DNA of 64,000 nt, from the NCBI RefSeq assembly GCF_030684315.1, contig NC_081396.1:3224001-3288000 (forward strand). The letters run 5' to 3'. The DNA comes from Stegostoma tigrinum (taxonomy: Eukaryota). Position numbers and translations under genes: made by a program. Below are positions 52,290 through 64,000 of this stretch, one piece after another; within the stretch, counting starts at the first letter, position 1; each line of letters starts with the position of its first letter. The notes under the pieces were generated by a model that made no database searches, was not told where the DNA came from, and was given only the letters and a program-made list of their open reading frames with translations.

Positions 52290-52657
52290 GCCCTCATTGT
52301 TTGTTCTACGTTCTGTCTCAATTTGATGTGAAATTGAAATTTAGTACTGATTATTGTGGAATAAATGCCATAGCTTGCATAACACAATTAACAGAAATTT
52401 CCTGAGGTGATAGATGCGTTCAATTTCACATAATGCCCAAGCCTTTAATTGTTGGAACGATTAGCACGACATCCAAGATGCCAAAAACTTTACCCTATAT
52501 GATTGTTTGGTTTGTTAGTTTTAATGGTTCATTTCCTCTGTGATAGTGTTGGAAGATGCAGTTTAAAGCCTACTTTACATTATAGTTGTGAATATCACAT
52601 CGAAAACAAGTACAAACCATCAGTTTACAGTGGAATCGACAAAGTGTCTCCTCAAGG

Positions 52658-52696
52658 TGTTTTTGGACGTGTCTAGCCATTGTTCGTCGCTCTGTG
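52658..52696 (-). other. VH 23-RSS
   Basis: CACAGAG-23 bp-CCAAAAACA. Confidence 0.9.
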
Positions 52697-53001
52697 ATCT
52701 TTTGCACAGTAATAGACGGCGGTGTCTTCAATCTTCAGGCTCTCCATTTCCAACGCGAAGATGTTGTTTGAAGTGTCTTTGGATGCAATAAATCGATCTT
52801 TAATTGCTGGCGCATAGTAACTGTTTGATGAATCATAGTAGGTAATCAACCACTCCAGAGCCTGTCCGGGAACCTGACGGACCCAACCCATGTAGTAGCT
52901 ACCAAGACTAAACCCGCTGGTTTTACAGGTCAGTCTCAGGGAGCCTCCAGGTTGGCTGTTCCTTGCCTCTGGTTGAATTAAAGTAACCTCAGACAGGACA
53001 C
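52697..53001 (-). CDS. IGHV: VH exon (IgM-type)
   Basis: (C)[11 protein letters not shown]...[11 protein letters not shown]...[12 protein letters not shown]...[11 protein letters not shown]; canonical C, W and YYC residues; AG acceptor at 53002-53003. Confidence 0.97.
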
Positions 53002-53130
53002 CTTCAAAAGGAAAATGAAATATGACTAGTTTTACTAATGAAATGATTCCTGAATCTTTTACATTTTCGAGGTAGAGGAACACTTAAACGATAACAAAAA
53101 GAAGCTTGGAGAAAAAAAGAAAACACTCAC

Positions 53131-53173
53131 AGGATAAGAAAGTCAGAAACAAACTGATAAGAATCGTCGACAT
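53131..53173 (-). CDS. IGHV: VH leader exon
   Basis: ATG...MSTILISLFLTFLS + T|GTGAGT, splicing in frame to the V exon. Confidence 0.92.
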
Positions 53174-53267
53174 AGTCAGTCTGGTAGCTTGAGAGAAAAG
53201 CTTCTGTCAAAAGCTTCCTGAACAAACTCCAGATCAAGGAGTGTTGAATTACGGTCCAGTGACCAGT

Positions 53268-53382
53268 ATTTATATGCCCATCAGTGGGAGCAGGTTTAGA
53301 GGCTCCGCCTGTTGGCTTCCAGCTGAAGGCTGTGGCTGCATCTCCAACAGTCCTCACAGATGGGCTAATATATTTGCATGAG
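53268..53382 (-). promoter_or_regulatory. VH promoter: TATA box and octamer
   Basis: TATAAAT at 53268-53274; ATGCAAAT at 53372-53379; E-boxes CAGCTG (53320) and CAGATG (53357). Confidence 0.75.
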
Positions 53383-54938
53383 GTTATTATTAAAGATGGA
53401 CACTTTTCCATCTTGGAATATTTGTTTTGCTGTGCATCTTGATTGGACATAATGCCATATATTTAGCGATGAAAGTACAATTAAACAGCTTCAGGTCTGG
53501 TTCAGATGATAGCTTTTATTATTTTATCTGAGACAGTAAAAATTCAATTGCAAGTTAAATCTCTTTATTTCTTGAAACTCATTGACAAGCAGAAGAATCT
53601 GCCAAAATTACATGAAAAATATCATCAGCCAATAAAAGCACTGACTCTTTTTGTAGACATTCCACGTCTCTGCCACGCAACAAAATAACAAATAATTCAT
53701 AACAGGCGACTCTAAATTCAGGTTTGGCAACTTAATATGGACCATGTACAAAATGATTATGTTTAGAATGTCTTGTATGTGACGAAACAGTTTGAACTCA
53801 GAGATGAGAAAAAGCTCCTTTTCTTGAAGAATATCTCTCCTTTAATTTGATTCAAATTGGTCCAGCTGAACATAATCATTTGAAAATGCACAGCCAAGTA
53901 AAACTACGTCTCAGAAATAAACAATGAGTTTCCAGAAAATCATAACACTCAGACAGTCTTTTGAAAGCTAATCTAATGTATGACAATAGACCAGTTGATA
54001 AATTAAGAAAAAATCGCCGAGGCACCCAAATCACTGCAGGCAGGCGTGTATGTATATCGTCAGGTCATAAACAGTTCATTTCTCTGCTCATTGGTATCTA
54101 TGATAGGTATCGTTATATAATAGACATCAGTAAAAAATAAGCGTGAGATTACACTAGCGCTAACCAAACTGCAAGTGCCCACTAAACTTAAATGATCAGA
54201 GAACGGTACAACAAGATACGAGCTCGAACCAACTAAACTTTAAAAATGTACTTTGAGATGATAACGACTGTCACTGCAATGCGAGTTTGTATCAATTGAT
54301 TTCACAACCTAGAGCTTTAAAATAGATAATACACAGCCTAACTATCTCGAATGACTTTTGTTTGGAAGTAATAAAAAATACTGGTGTACAGTAAATTTCC
54401 AGTTTCCTCATAGTCACCCAGTGAAAGCTGTATGCAATGACCTTTTTCAAAGAAGACATGCCAAGTGGCATAGATCTTTTGTGGAAATGGCAAAACATAA
54501 CGAGTTTGGTGATGTTTTGTTTTAGTTGATTCATATGGTGTTAATTTGCCAGGCATAAAAAAATGATAGAAATCAAGCCGATTGCAGAAATAGATCCTGG
54601 AATTCAAAGTGTCATTTAATAGGAGATTCTGAAGTTTCAGCAGTCCCAGTAGTAAATCAGAGATTTCTTTCGTTACTGTTGAAAGCTTGGCGGAAAACCA
54701 GTTTCAAAACACATCCATCACCTCTGCACAAGGAAATAAAGCCAGCAATAACGTAGGAGAAAAGTTTATTTGTCAATTGCATCACGTTGTCATGACAGGA
54801 ATTGCTTGTACATTCTCAGACCTGATGGAAAGATGCACCATTCCGTGCAGGACCATTACAGCACATCATGATTTAAAGACGGATCCCTTGATAGGAGGAT
54901 CGGTAGATAGGTAGGTCAAAAGATTGATCGATAGAAAG

Positions 54939-55090
54939 NNNNNNNNNNNNNNNNNNNNNNNNNNNNNNNNNNNNNNNNNNNNNNNNNNNNNNNNNNNNNN
55001 NNNNNNNNNNNNNNNNNNNNNNNNNNNNNNNNNNNNNNNNNNNNNNNNNNNNNNNNNNNNNNNNNNNNNNNNNNNNNNNNNNNNNNNNNN
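54939..55090. other. Assembly gap (probably a GATA-type microsatellite)
   Basis: Run of N preceded by GATAG/GATCGATAG. Confidence 0.95.
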
Positions 55091-55109
55091 GGGAGATATT
55101 CAGATAGCG

Positions 55110-56135
55110 AATGAGTTAAAAAGCACAAGGACAGACCCTTTAGTGCAATCAGTCCATGCCGACCGTAAGACCAAACTAACGGAGGCGCACTTGCCTGCAC
55201 TTGGCTAATATCCGCTAATACACCCCTGATTCATACATTTGCTCATGTGACCTTCAAAGTTGCAAATCTACCAGTATGCAACACTTTCCATGGAAGTTCA
55301 ATGCACACAAGAACCACTTTCTGTTTGAAAAATTTGTCGCTCGGGATTTTTTGAAAAATATTTTCTCCTCTCACCTTTAAAATAGGTCCCAAGCCTTGTA
55401 ATTTCCTCATCCCAGGGAAAAAGGCACCTGTCATTCGCCTTATCTATACCCCTCACGATTTTATGAACATTTATAAAGACACTATTTAACCTCCTTTCTC
55501 TCACAGATGAAGTCCCAGTTTATCCACTCTCTCCTTGTAACTGACGCCCTCCAATCCGAGCAAAATTCTGTAAAACATATTTTCTCAGCCCTCTCCACTG
55601 AATAATATCTTTTCTACAACAAGGAGACCGTAACAGGACACATTAGCCCGAAAGAGGCCTCGGCAACGTCTTGTAAAACCGCCACATGTGTTCCCAGCTT
55701 CTTACACAAAACGACTGAGCAATGAAGGCAAGTCTGCTGCACTCCTTCTTAACCATTCTCTGACGCAAACGTCAATGTATTATGATCCTTAACCACTAGG
55801 TCTCTCTGTTCTATTGAACTCCAACTGCACTCTTATGCCCATTGATTTTATAGACCAAGATCTCTTTGAAGTCTTAAATAAGGTACTTCATTGTCCATTA
55901 AATCAGCAATTTTGATGTCAATCATCCACATGTTAACCGTGCCTTCTAGTTTGTCATTGAGATCTTTCACATAAATGCGAAACAAAAGTACACCCAGCAC
56001 CGATCCCTGTGGAACATCAATGGTAACAAGTGACCAGTCCAAAAAGGAACCCTCCACCATCACTTTCTGGCACTTACTGTTTAGCTAATTGTGCATCCAA
56101 ATGGTAAGTTCACCACGAATACCATGTGATCTAGA
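55110..56135 (-). mobile_element. Decayed CR1-like LINE RT to 3' end
   Basis: VPQGSVLG..LF.IY..DL and ERRLNSVFINVHKIVRGIDK remnants. Confidence 0.8.
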
Positions 56136-58903
56136 TTGAAGAATAGAAATAGAGACAGACAAAAAAGTGAATGTCCAGATGGAATGACTCATGGATTTCT
56201 GGTTTTACCTGGAAATGAAATGGTCTTCAAAATTCTAAATTTTGTTTGCCTGCTTCTTTATTCGAGGCAGGACAATTATTAAAAAAAAAGTGTCAGTCAG
56301 TTACCTTCTATCCTTCCCCAGTCCTATTAAAATTAAATTACCACACACATCCAGAAATGGCAAAATGAACTTCAGCAAGAGAAACTTAAACATACAGTTA
56401 TGGTACACATGATTGTTCTCTGCTAATTGTAAATCTTCATCTCAAAGATGTAAAACGGAGACTTACCTTGATTCAGAGGACTCATATCAATATTTCGAAT
56501 ATGTGGCTCCATTACAGAACAATCAACATAAATTCAACGAATTTACTTCAATCACAGCCAAAGCAGATACCTATTAGACTTGTGTAATGTTACTGTGATA
56601 TGTGAGCAATTAACTTTTCTCTTTTCATACAGTTGCTCCTCTGTTTTGAGATTTGGTGAGCATAGTGAGACTGGTATATTGATGGGGAAAGCCTCCAACA
56701 ATGCATCGAAATGGGAATCTTGAAGAATAAAGTGCTGGGCAGATTTCTGTTGTGTTTTCATTGAAAACAAAAAATCTTTTTAGAGTGTTTCATAGGAAAA
56801 AAAACAGTAATTTCTGCTGTGTTTTAGGCAATATCTGAAAAAATTAATCAATGGCAATTGCTCCTCTTCACTTAAAGAGGCTCTTTCCCATATTCTGAGG
56901 TTGTCAAATCAATTTGTGCACAGTCTCAATTTGTCTTCAAAAAGCAACTATTAGCGGTGACCATTTCAGCATCAACAAACAGAAGAAGGTAAATACGAGC
57001 AAAAACGCAATTCCAGTCCATCATTATTTCACAGACCAGCATATTAGAAAACAATTGTCGTTTCTTAAAATTTTCACCATTCTGACGTGTCAATATGAAA
57101 TTAGAATTTCCTTAATCATGCCCCATTTCAGTACATTTAGAGCTCAATAATTCTCTATTTTCTAAAACAAAATCATTGGTCCCTCGTAAACGATTGGTGT
57201 CACCCTTTCCATTAATGATTGCGAACATTGCAATCGCTTTAAATTAGTTGGTGAATCACAATCTATTTTTGATCTCCAATCAGTAGACTGATAAAAATAA
57301 ATTTTAGTCAAAGAAGATAAACCATCTTGGACATAATTCCGTTGAATTACGATATAATTCGAGGTGAGACCTATGATATGTTTTGAATTTATAGCGAAAT
57401 TCCCAGAATAATCGATCCAAAATGGAGTTGGTTTCAAGTCCACGTTCGCAGGCAAGGCCTGTAGAAAGAGAGCAACATAGAAGATTGGAGCGAGAGAAAA
57501 TCGTTCTACTCTTTCAGCCTGCTGCTTTATTCATCGCGATCATGTTTGGTTGTCGAACCATGTTTTTGCCCCATAACCTTTGATCCCAGTCACCCCAAGT
57601 GCTAGGTCTGTCCACCTCTTGAATGCATTCAGTGTTTTGCAATCAACTCTCTCGTGTTGTAATAAATTCCAAAGACTCACCCACCACTCTTTGAGTGCAC
57701 AAATGTCTTCTCATCTCAGTCCTCTATAGTCTACCTCGAATTATTAGAATGTGACCCATGTTTCTGGACACAGCCACCATCAGAACGCCCTCACAGTAGT
57801 ATCAGGAAGGTTGCACAAGGGCGGTCATTCGGCGATGCACAGTCAATCTGAGTTACCAATGCATCCGCAAATTACTGTTCAGCCATTGAATGTATAGGTT
57901 TCATTTTATTTATGTCTGCTTGATGTGTATGCACACTGGCAGTAATTATCTGAAATTCCGACGGTGGCTCCATTTCCTGAAGCTCCCTGGCAGTGTTAAA
58001 CTTAAGATCCTTCTGCAATTCCTGTTTTATGTAAAGCATCCCGTTGTGCTATTTCAAAGAACTGAAAGGGAATTGTCGCCACGTCATTGGCCAATTTTAA
58101 ATTGTTCCAGCCACAACCACAAAAATAGATGACTGTGTCATGTCAATATTGTTTTTTTTTTGCCGCTCCTTGTGTACACAGTGCCTGCTGAAATACATAC
58201 AATACCATCCTGAATATAATTTGCAAAAGCATCTCTTGCGCATAAGCGCAAGTTGATTCGAAGGAATAATGAACCAACCCTCAACTGACCAATTTGCTTT
58301 GGTCTTACTGAAAACTGCGTCGTCAACAATAAATCAATGTCAGGGATGTGTCTTTGCTTTTCCTAATTTATGTTGCTGGTCTTGTCTGATTGAAGGCATG
58401 TTGTTTGGGGAAAGTCGTGGGAATATGTGAGCGCTAATTGCCATATCAGCTCAATTTGATAAGTAAGCCTGGACGAGTTCGAATGACTGGAGAAAGAAGC
58501 TCTTGAAACAGGCCATTCAGCTTCTCAGGACTGCGCCAACTGTTTACAACAACTGTTTAGTTCATCACAAGCAATGGCAGCGCTCACAAATTCCCCAGAA
58601 GCTAGCATTTACAGCATTGGAGATCATATCTGTGCTCAAAATTACGGTATATCCTACACACTTTTTACGACTGCATTGTTTGTTCATTACCTGCTCCCTG
58701 TTTTCATCATTTTTTTGTTATATATACTCGAGAACAACAAATCATTTCCACGGTTCCTGACGAAGCATAAGTCAAAGAGCTATCAATCAGTGTTCACGAG
58801 AACTAGGAAAAACATGGCAATTGAAATAATTTACCACACTAACACAGACATACGTGAGAGCACGCAAACACACGTACACTCAAACACATCAAACACAAAA
58901 AAG

Positions 58904-58906
<3 letters not shown>

Positions 58907-58978
<72 letters not shown>
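58907..58978. repeat. (CA)n microsatellite, ~36 units
   Basis: Read directly. Confidence 0.98.
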
Positions 58979-58979
<1 letters not shown>

Positions 58980-59904
58980 CTCATTATAGACAGAACGTAA
59001 GTATTTTATAGTGACTTTGGTACGATCATGCTAAGACTGGAAAAAAAAGAAGCAACAATAAGGAAATTTTAGTTTGGCTGGATTTATTCATGTTGGAACA
59101 CAGGAATTTGAGCGGAAATGTTCTTGAGAAGTACACAAATGTCATGCTGGTTAAAATAGGTGAGAGAAAAACGCTTTAACGTGGGGATGTAAATAAAGTT
59201 TATAGATATAAGTGATCGGCGGTGAAGTCGCAGGGAAGATTCAGGAAGCTCAGTTCATAACAGGATGGTGAAGGCAGGAACAATCAAATCATTTGAAATG
59301 TATCTGGAGATATACCTTAAGTGCTGTAGCCATCAGTGTTCCAATCAATGCACTATACAATAGGCATTGGCTGGAAGGTTCTGTTTTTGGGTGGCACAGT
59401 CCCAATGGAGGAAGTAATTGTTTCTGTGATGAAAATCTTCAACAACTCGAAATCCGAGCTTGTCAAACTCAGTGGCTCTGAATCACCTGCTTTGTTTGGG
59501 AAATTTCCCAAACTTCCGTTTCAATCGTAACAAATTTCAATAAATTTAAACCCTGTCTGTTTAGGAATTTAACGATCTCACATTCCCCAGACAATGCCCA
59601 GGACAACATCAATTTATTCAGCTAAGGTCAGCAAAATGAATGAACAAAGTTAAGGGCATTCAAATTACTTTGTTAAAAATAAGGTTGGTTCATCTGCAGT
59701 AGGCACAACTTATGTTTCAAAACATTGCATAGAAGACAGATGAGTCCTCTTGACATTAGGAATAATTTTTTTTCGAACCATTGCAGATGGATTGCTCAGA
59801 GCAACTCATCTGAACAAATCTGTTTGATTCTCCTTGTGGATTAACAGACTAAATGTTGCTCCAATCCGATTTATGTGGTCCATATGCACTTCCAAAATTT
59901 ATTA

Positions 59905-60216
59905 AATTAGATTCCCTACAGTGTGGAAACAGGCCCTTCGGCCCAGTAAGTCCACACCCCGCTTTGGACCATCCCACCCAGAGCCATCCCCCATAACCCA
60001 CACACCCCTGAACACGATAGACAATTTAGCATGGCCAATCCACCTACTCTGCACATCTTTGGACTGTGGGAGGAAACCGGAGCATCTGCAGGAAACCCAT
60101 GTAGACACGGGGAGAATGTGCAAACTCTGCACAGACAGTTGCCGAGGGGTGGAGTCGAAACCGGGTCCCCGGCGCTGTGAGGCTGCAGTGCTAACGACTG
60201 AGCCACCGTGACGCCC
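59905..60216 (-). mobile_element. Near full-length tRNA-derived SINE (HE1/V-SINE-like)
   Basis: GGGCGTCACGGTGGCTCAGTCGTTAGC (A box)...GGTTTCGACTCC (B box); LINE-like 3' tail. Confidence 0.88.
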
Positions 60217-60739
60217 ACAACATGCCCTTCATGAAATTCAAGAAATCATGGAGCCAAATCGACAGTAGTTCTTTGGAATGCCACAGGTATTCTGTAGGTG
60301 TCAATACTTCGACCTCTGGCTGTTTTTACTTATGTTTTTGACAAAGACATTGGCACACTTCACAATTTGCTGCCACAAGAAACTGGGAACTATTCTGAGC
60401 CAGGGGAAGTTGGTTCAGAATTTGAGAAGGATCTAGTGAGATTTGCGGAATGGGCTGAGGAGCCATATGTGAAATTTAGCACAGAAGCTTTTGACATGCT
60501 TAACGTAGGGTGGAAGTGTGTGAAGACATATCACAGAAGAATGTGTACAACATGCAATATCAATTAAAATCAAGAAAGATATTTGAAACTCACATAGTAC
60601 GCAGGTTAGGCCTCACTGGGAGTGTATCTTCAGTTTTGGGCAGCAAGTCAAGGCCTCATATAAAGCGTGCCTTCAAGATTCAAGATTCAAGAATGTTCAC
60701 ACAGTAAAGGGACTTTCATTAAATGGCATGTTGTAGAAG

Positions 60740-61972
60740 TTGAGACAATAAGGTGCAGGGCTGGGCGTACACAGCAGGCCAAGCAGCATCACAGGAGCAG
60801 GGAGGCTGACGTTTCAGGCCTAGACACTTCTTCAGAAATGGGGGAGGGGACGGGTGTTGTGAAGTAAGTAGGGAGAGAAGGGGAGGTTTGTGGGCCATAT
60901 GTGAAAGTTAGCACAGAAGCTTTTGACATGCTTAACTTAGGGTGGAAGAGTGTGAAGACATATCACAGAAGAATGTGTACAACATGCAATATCATTTGAA
61001 AGCAAGAATGATATTTGAAACCCACATAGTATGCAGGTTAGGGGAGATAGAAGGTGGATAGAAGAGAAGATGGTTAGAGAGGAGACAGGGAGGTCAAATA
61101 GGCGGGGATGGAGCCAGTAGAGGTGAGTGTAGGTGGGGAGCTATGGAGGAGATAGGTCAGTCGAGGGAGGATGGACAGGTCAAGGTGGCGGGATGAGGTT
61201 AGTAGGTAGGAGATGGGTGTGGGGCTTGGTTGGGAGGGAGGACAGGTTAGGGAGTGGAGGGCGAGCTGGACTGGTTTTGGGATGCAGAAGTGGGAGGGGA
61301 GATTTTGAAGTTTGTGAAGTCCACATTGATACCATTGGGCTGCAGTGTTCCCAAGCAGAATATGAGTTGTTATTGCTGCAAACTTCAGAGATCATCGTTG
61401 CAGCACTGCAAGAAGCTCAGGGTGGAAATTTCGTCAGAGGGATGGGAGGGGGATTTGAAAGGTTGCACGACCGGTAGGTGCAGAAGTTTAGTATGATCCA
61501 AGCGTAGGTGTTCTGCAAAGCGATTCCCAAGCCTCTGCTTGGTTTCCCCAAAACAGAGGAGACCACAACGGGAACACCAGATGCAGTGTACCACATTTGC
61601 AGTTGTGCAGGCGAACATCTGCTTGATGTGGAAAGTCTTCTTGGGGCCTGGGATGGGGGAATGGGGGAGGTGTAGGGGCAGGTGTAGCACTTCCTGCAGT
61701 TGCAGGGAAAAATGCCGGGTGTGGTTTGTCTGGAGGGGAGTGTGGAGTGGACGAGGTAGTCAAGGAGTGTTTGGTCCCTCTAGAAAGCAGATAATGGTGG
61801 GGAGGGAAAAACTGTCTTTGCTGGTGGGGTTGGATGGCAAATGGCGGATGTGCCAGAGGATGATGTATATGATCTGAAGGCTGATGGGGTGGTACATGAG
61901 GACGAGGGAGTTTTGTTTGGTTTCTATTGCCAGGATGGGGTGTGACAATGATTTGCAGGAAATGCTGGAGAC
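60740..61972 (-). mobile_element. Diverged PLE 3' part (GIY-YIG + hammerhead core at 60807-60834) with an internal 149-bp insert
   Basis: NVVHCIWCSRCGLLCFGETKQRLGNRFAEHLR; CTGAAGA...GAAACGTC. Confidence 0.85.
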
Positions 61973-62479
61973 AAAGGGGGAGCTTTCTTTGCTGGAGAAA
62001 TGAATGAGAGGTGACTGATAGATATGTTCAAAATAATAAGGGGCTTGTATGGATAAATAAGCGGACCATCAGAAACATAAAGTGGCCAGACTTCACAACC
62101 TCATACGTAGCTAGGTTCTGGAAAACACTTATTGAGAAGAGAATGCAGGCAGAATGAGCTGCATATTTCAAGAAGGCATTTAATGTTATCTAAAATTTTA
62201 AAAAAAAAGCAATTTACTTTTCAGAGGATTAAAGCAGACAAGAAGGGCCGAATGGCTCATAATCTGTTCTGAACACTCTGTAATTCTGTTCATCTAGTGC
62301 AAATGCCAGAAGGCACAACTGATGTGAACGTTTTTCACAGCATTGACAGCAACAATGCATTCCACTAGATCTTGTCCTTGATCTTGTTAACGCAGGTCAA
62401 TCCTTAGTTGTTTCTGCGATGAGCTCATTTTCAGTACTTACGCCATTGAACCAAAATCCTCTTTATATTTGATTTGGAA

Positions 62480-63310
62480 TCCTTATCTAAGACTATGTTG
62501 AATCATGCCATGGATGATATTACACTGTGATTTTCCGAGATGTAAATCAAAATTACGCTCTGCTTTTTCTTTGCAACATCCATCGCTTTCTGTTCCAAGA
62601 TGGTCAACTTCCGTTGTTGTTCTTAAAGCCTGTTATCGGCAGTTTTTATATTTCCTGTATGATTTATATTACTATGATCCGAGTATTCAGAAGGTCAACT
62701 AAAATTATTCCACGTTTCGTTTTAACGTTGACTCAACTGTCATTGTTTGTTTTGTGTGATCGTTGGTTAAACAGACCTGGCTTTGGTGTAATACGAGCAG
62801 AAAAGTTTGCCAGCACACTCCAAACAACAGTCGAATACGGTGTGACATAAGGGAACATAAAGACAAATTCTGTATTCAGACGGAATGGATCTCCAGTTAA
62901 TATAAAATAAGATGCTGACTTCGACAATAAGAACAACGGTAGGATCAAGTGTTGATTAGCAACAGATGTTTACTAGTTCAGCAATGTTATGAAATTATGG
63001 TTGCGGAAAAGAAAATAAAAGACACAGTCCTTAACAGAAATAAAAGTGTAAGGGGATATAATCTGACAGTGACAAAGTTTCCAGCATCATAATAATCATT
63101 TGGTGCCTCATTTGAGTGGATGTTTAGATTTTACCATTGCCAAAGCAGTGATAGAGTCTGACACAACAAGAGTGGGCACACGTAACAGGGAAGTTTCTTG
63201 AACAAGCACAATGTTTGCTGCAGAAATATCCATGAGGTAATTCTCAATGCATGACTTGACATATCACAGAATACAGTGTAATTATGACAAAGTCATATTT
63301 TAGTGCAATT
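62480..63310 (-). pseudogene. Possible highly decayed class-A GPCR (GPR139/142-like) relic
   Basis: Scattered co-linear peptides CDMS..SCIENYLMDISAANIVLV, GLFNQRSHKTNNDS*VNVKTKRGIIL, ILEQ..WMLQ...IY; recognised by eye only. Confidence 0.3.
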
Positions 63311-64000
63311 AATTCAAGATTGTGTCTGATATAACTACGGAAAAGAGTCAGGTCCCATTGACATCTTTCAGAGCGTCGAGGAATATAATCTAATGCAGTT
63401 TCAGCATTACTGGAAATGAATTATTTTAGTGCTGGAAAAAATAAAAAAGAGAAAACATTGTAATTAAAGCTGCATATCAGACGACATCACTGAAAGAAAC
63501 AAAGCACCGAGTTTTCAGCAAAACTGGCGTCACTTAATTTAAGCAATGAATACTTCCATTTCCGACATTTCATTTCTCTGGCATTTAAAAAGAACTGCAA
63601 ACAGATGAGGCTATATTCAAGAATTTGGATCATTGTCATGCATGAGTTTTATCAATAAGTCCAGAGTTGATCGTCCATTGTGGCAAAATGTTCATGGTGG
63701 TCGGTGTGGTATAATTAATTTTGACTTGATTTGTATTGCATTTTCTTTCACAGTGAGAAAAGGTGAAGGGAATGGAAGACACGCCTTCTCTTTGCAGAAT
63801 GTCATTACAACAAAGGGATGTTTTCCTATGGAGAATAGAGGATTTCAAATGCCAGCCCGTAACTTAAGAAAACATTCTTTCTCTCTTCAGAGCTGTGAAG
63901 GATCCTGTACTTCCCGACCAACTGTGTAAACGTACCTGAAATGACCATAATTATCACTGCTATTATATCTAGTAACCGGCGAATCTAATACAGATCCGAA

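Noticed and set aside
52504-52542. CACAGAG (minus) with an upstream GT-rich tract as RSS of a missing D1
   Set aside because: The spacer is ~20 bp, the nonamer is poor and there is no partner RSS on the other side.
30880-53173. Assignment as IgW, IgNAR or IgM1gj
   Set aside because: Four mu-type C exons including Cmu2, a mu secretory tail, a conventional VH with CDR2, and unjoined V and J all indicate standard IgM.
58574-59011. 145-aa ORF with poly-HT
   Set aside because: Kept open by the (CA)n microsatellite.
59905-60216. tRNA gene
   Set aside because: The A/B boxes belong to a SINE head followed by SINE body and LINE-like tail.

Overview
Eukaryotic genomic DNA from a cartilaginous fish, inferred from the Ig sequences and repeat families (most likely a carpet shark such as a nurse, bamboo or zebra shark). 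The main feature is one complete shark-type IgM heavy-chain minilocus on the minus strand (~30.9-53.4 kb): promoter, leader exon, VH, a single D, JH, a ~10 kb intron, Cmu1-Cmu4 with secretory tail, and TM1/TM2. All exons are open and have GT-AG junctions in compatible phases. The most notable observation is that, instead of the usual two D segments, there is one 30-nt D flanked by 12/12 RSSs that looks like a pre-joined D1-N-D2 (V-DD-J germline joining). The VH promoter carries a perfect ATGCAAAT octamer, and two candidate enhancer motif clusters lie in the J-C intron. The left 29 kb holds decayed C2H2 zinc-finger arrays, CR1-type LINE and tRNA-SINE fragments, and several Penelope-like (RT + GIY-YIG) insertions in head-to-head inverted configuration that carry minimal hammerhead ribozyme motifs. 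There are two N gaps. Repeat family names and comparisons with published shark sequences are from recall, not database searches.
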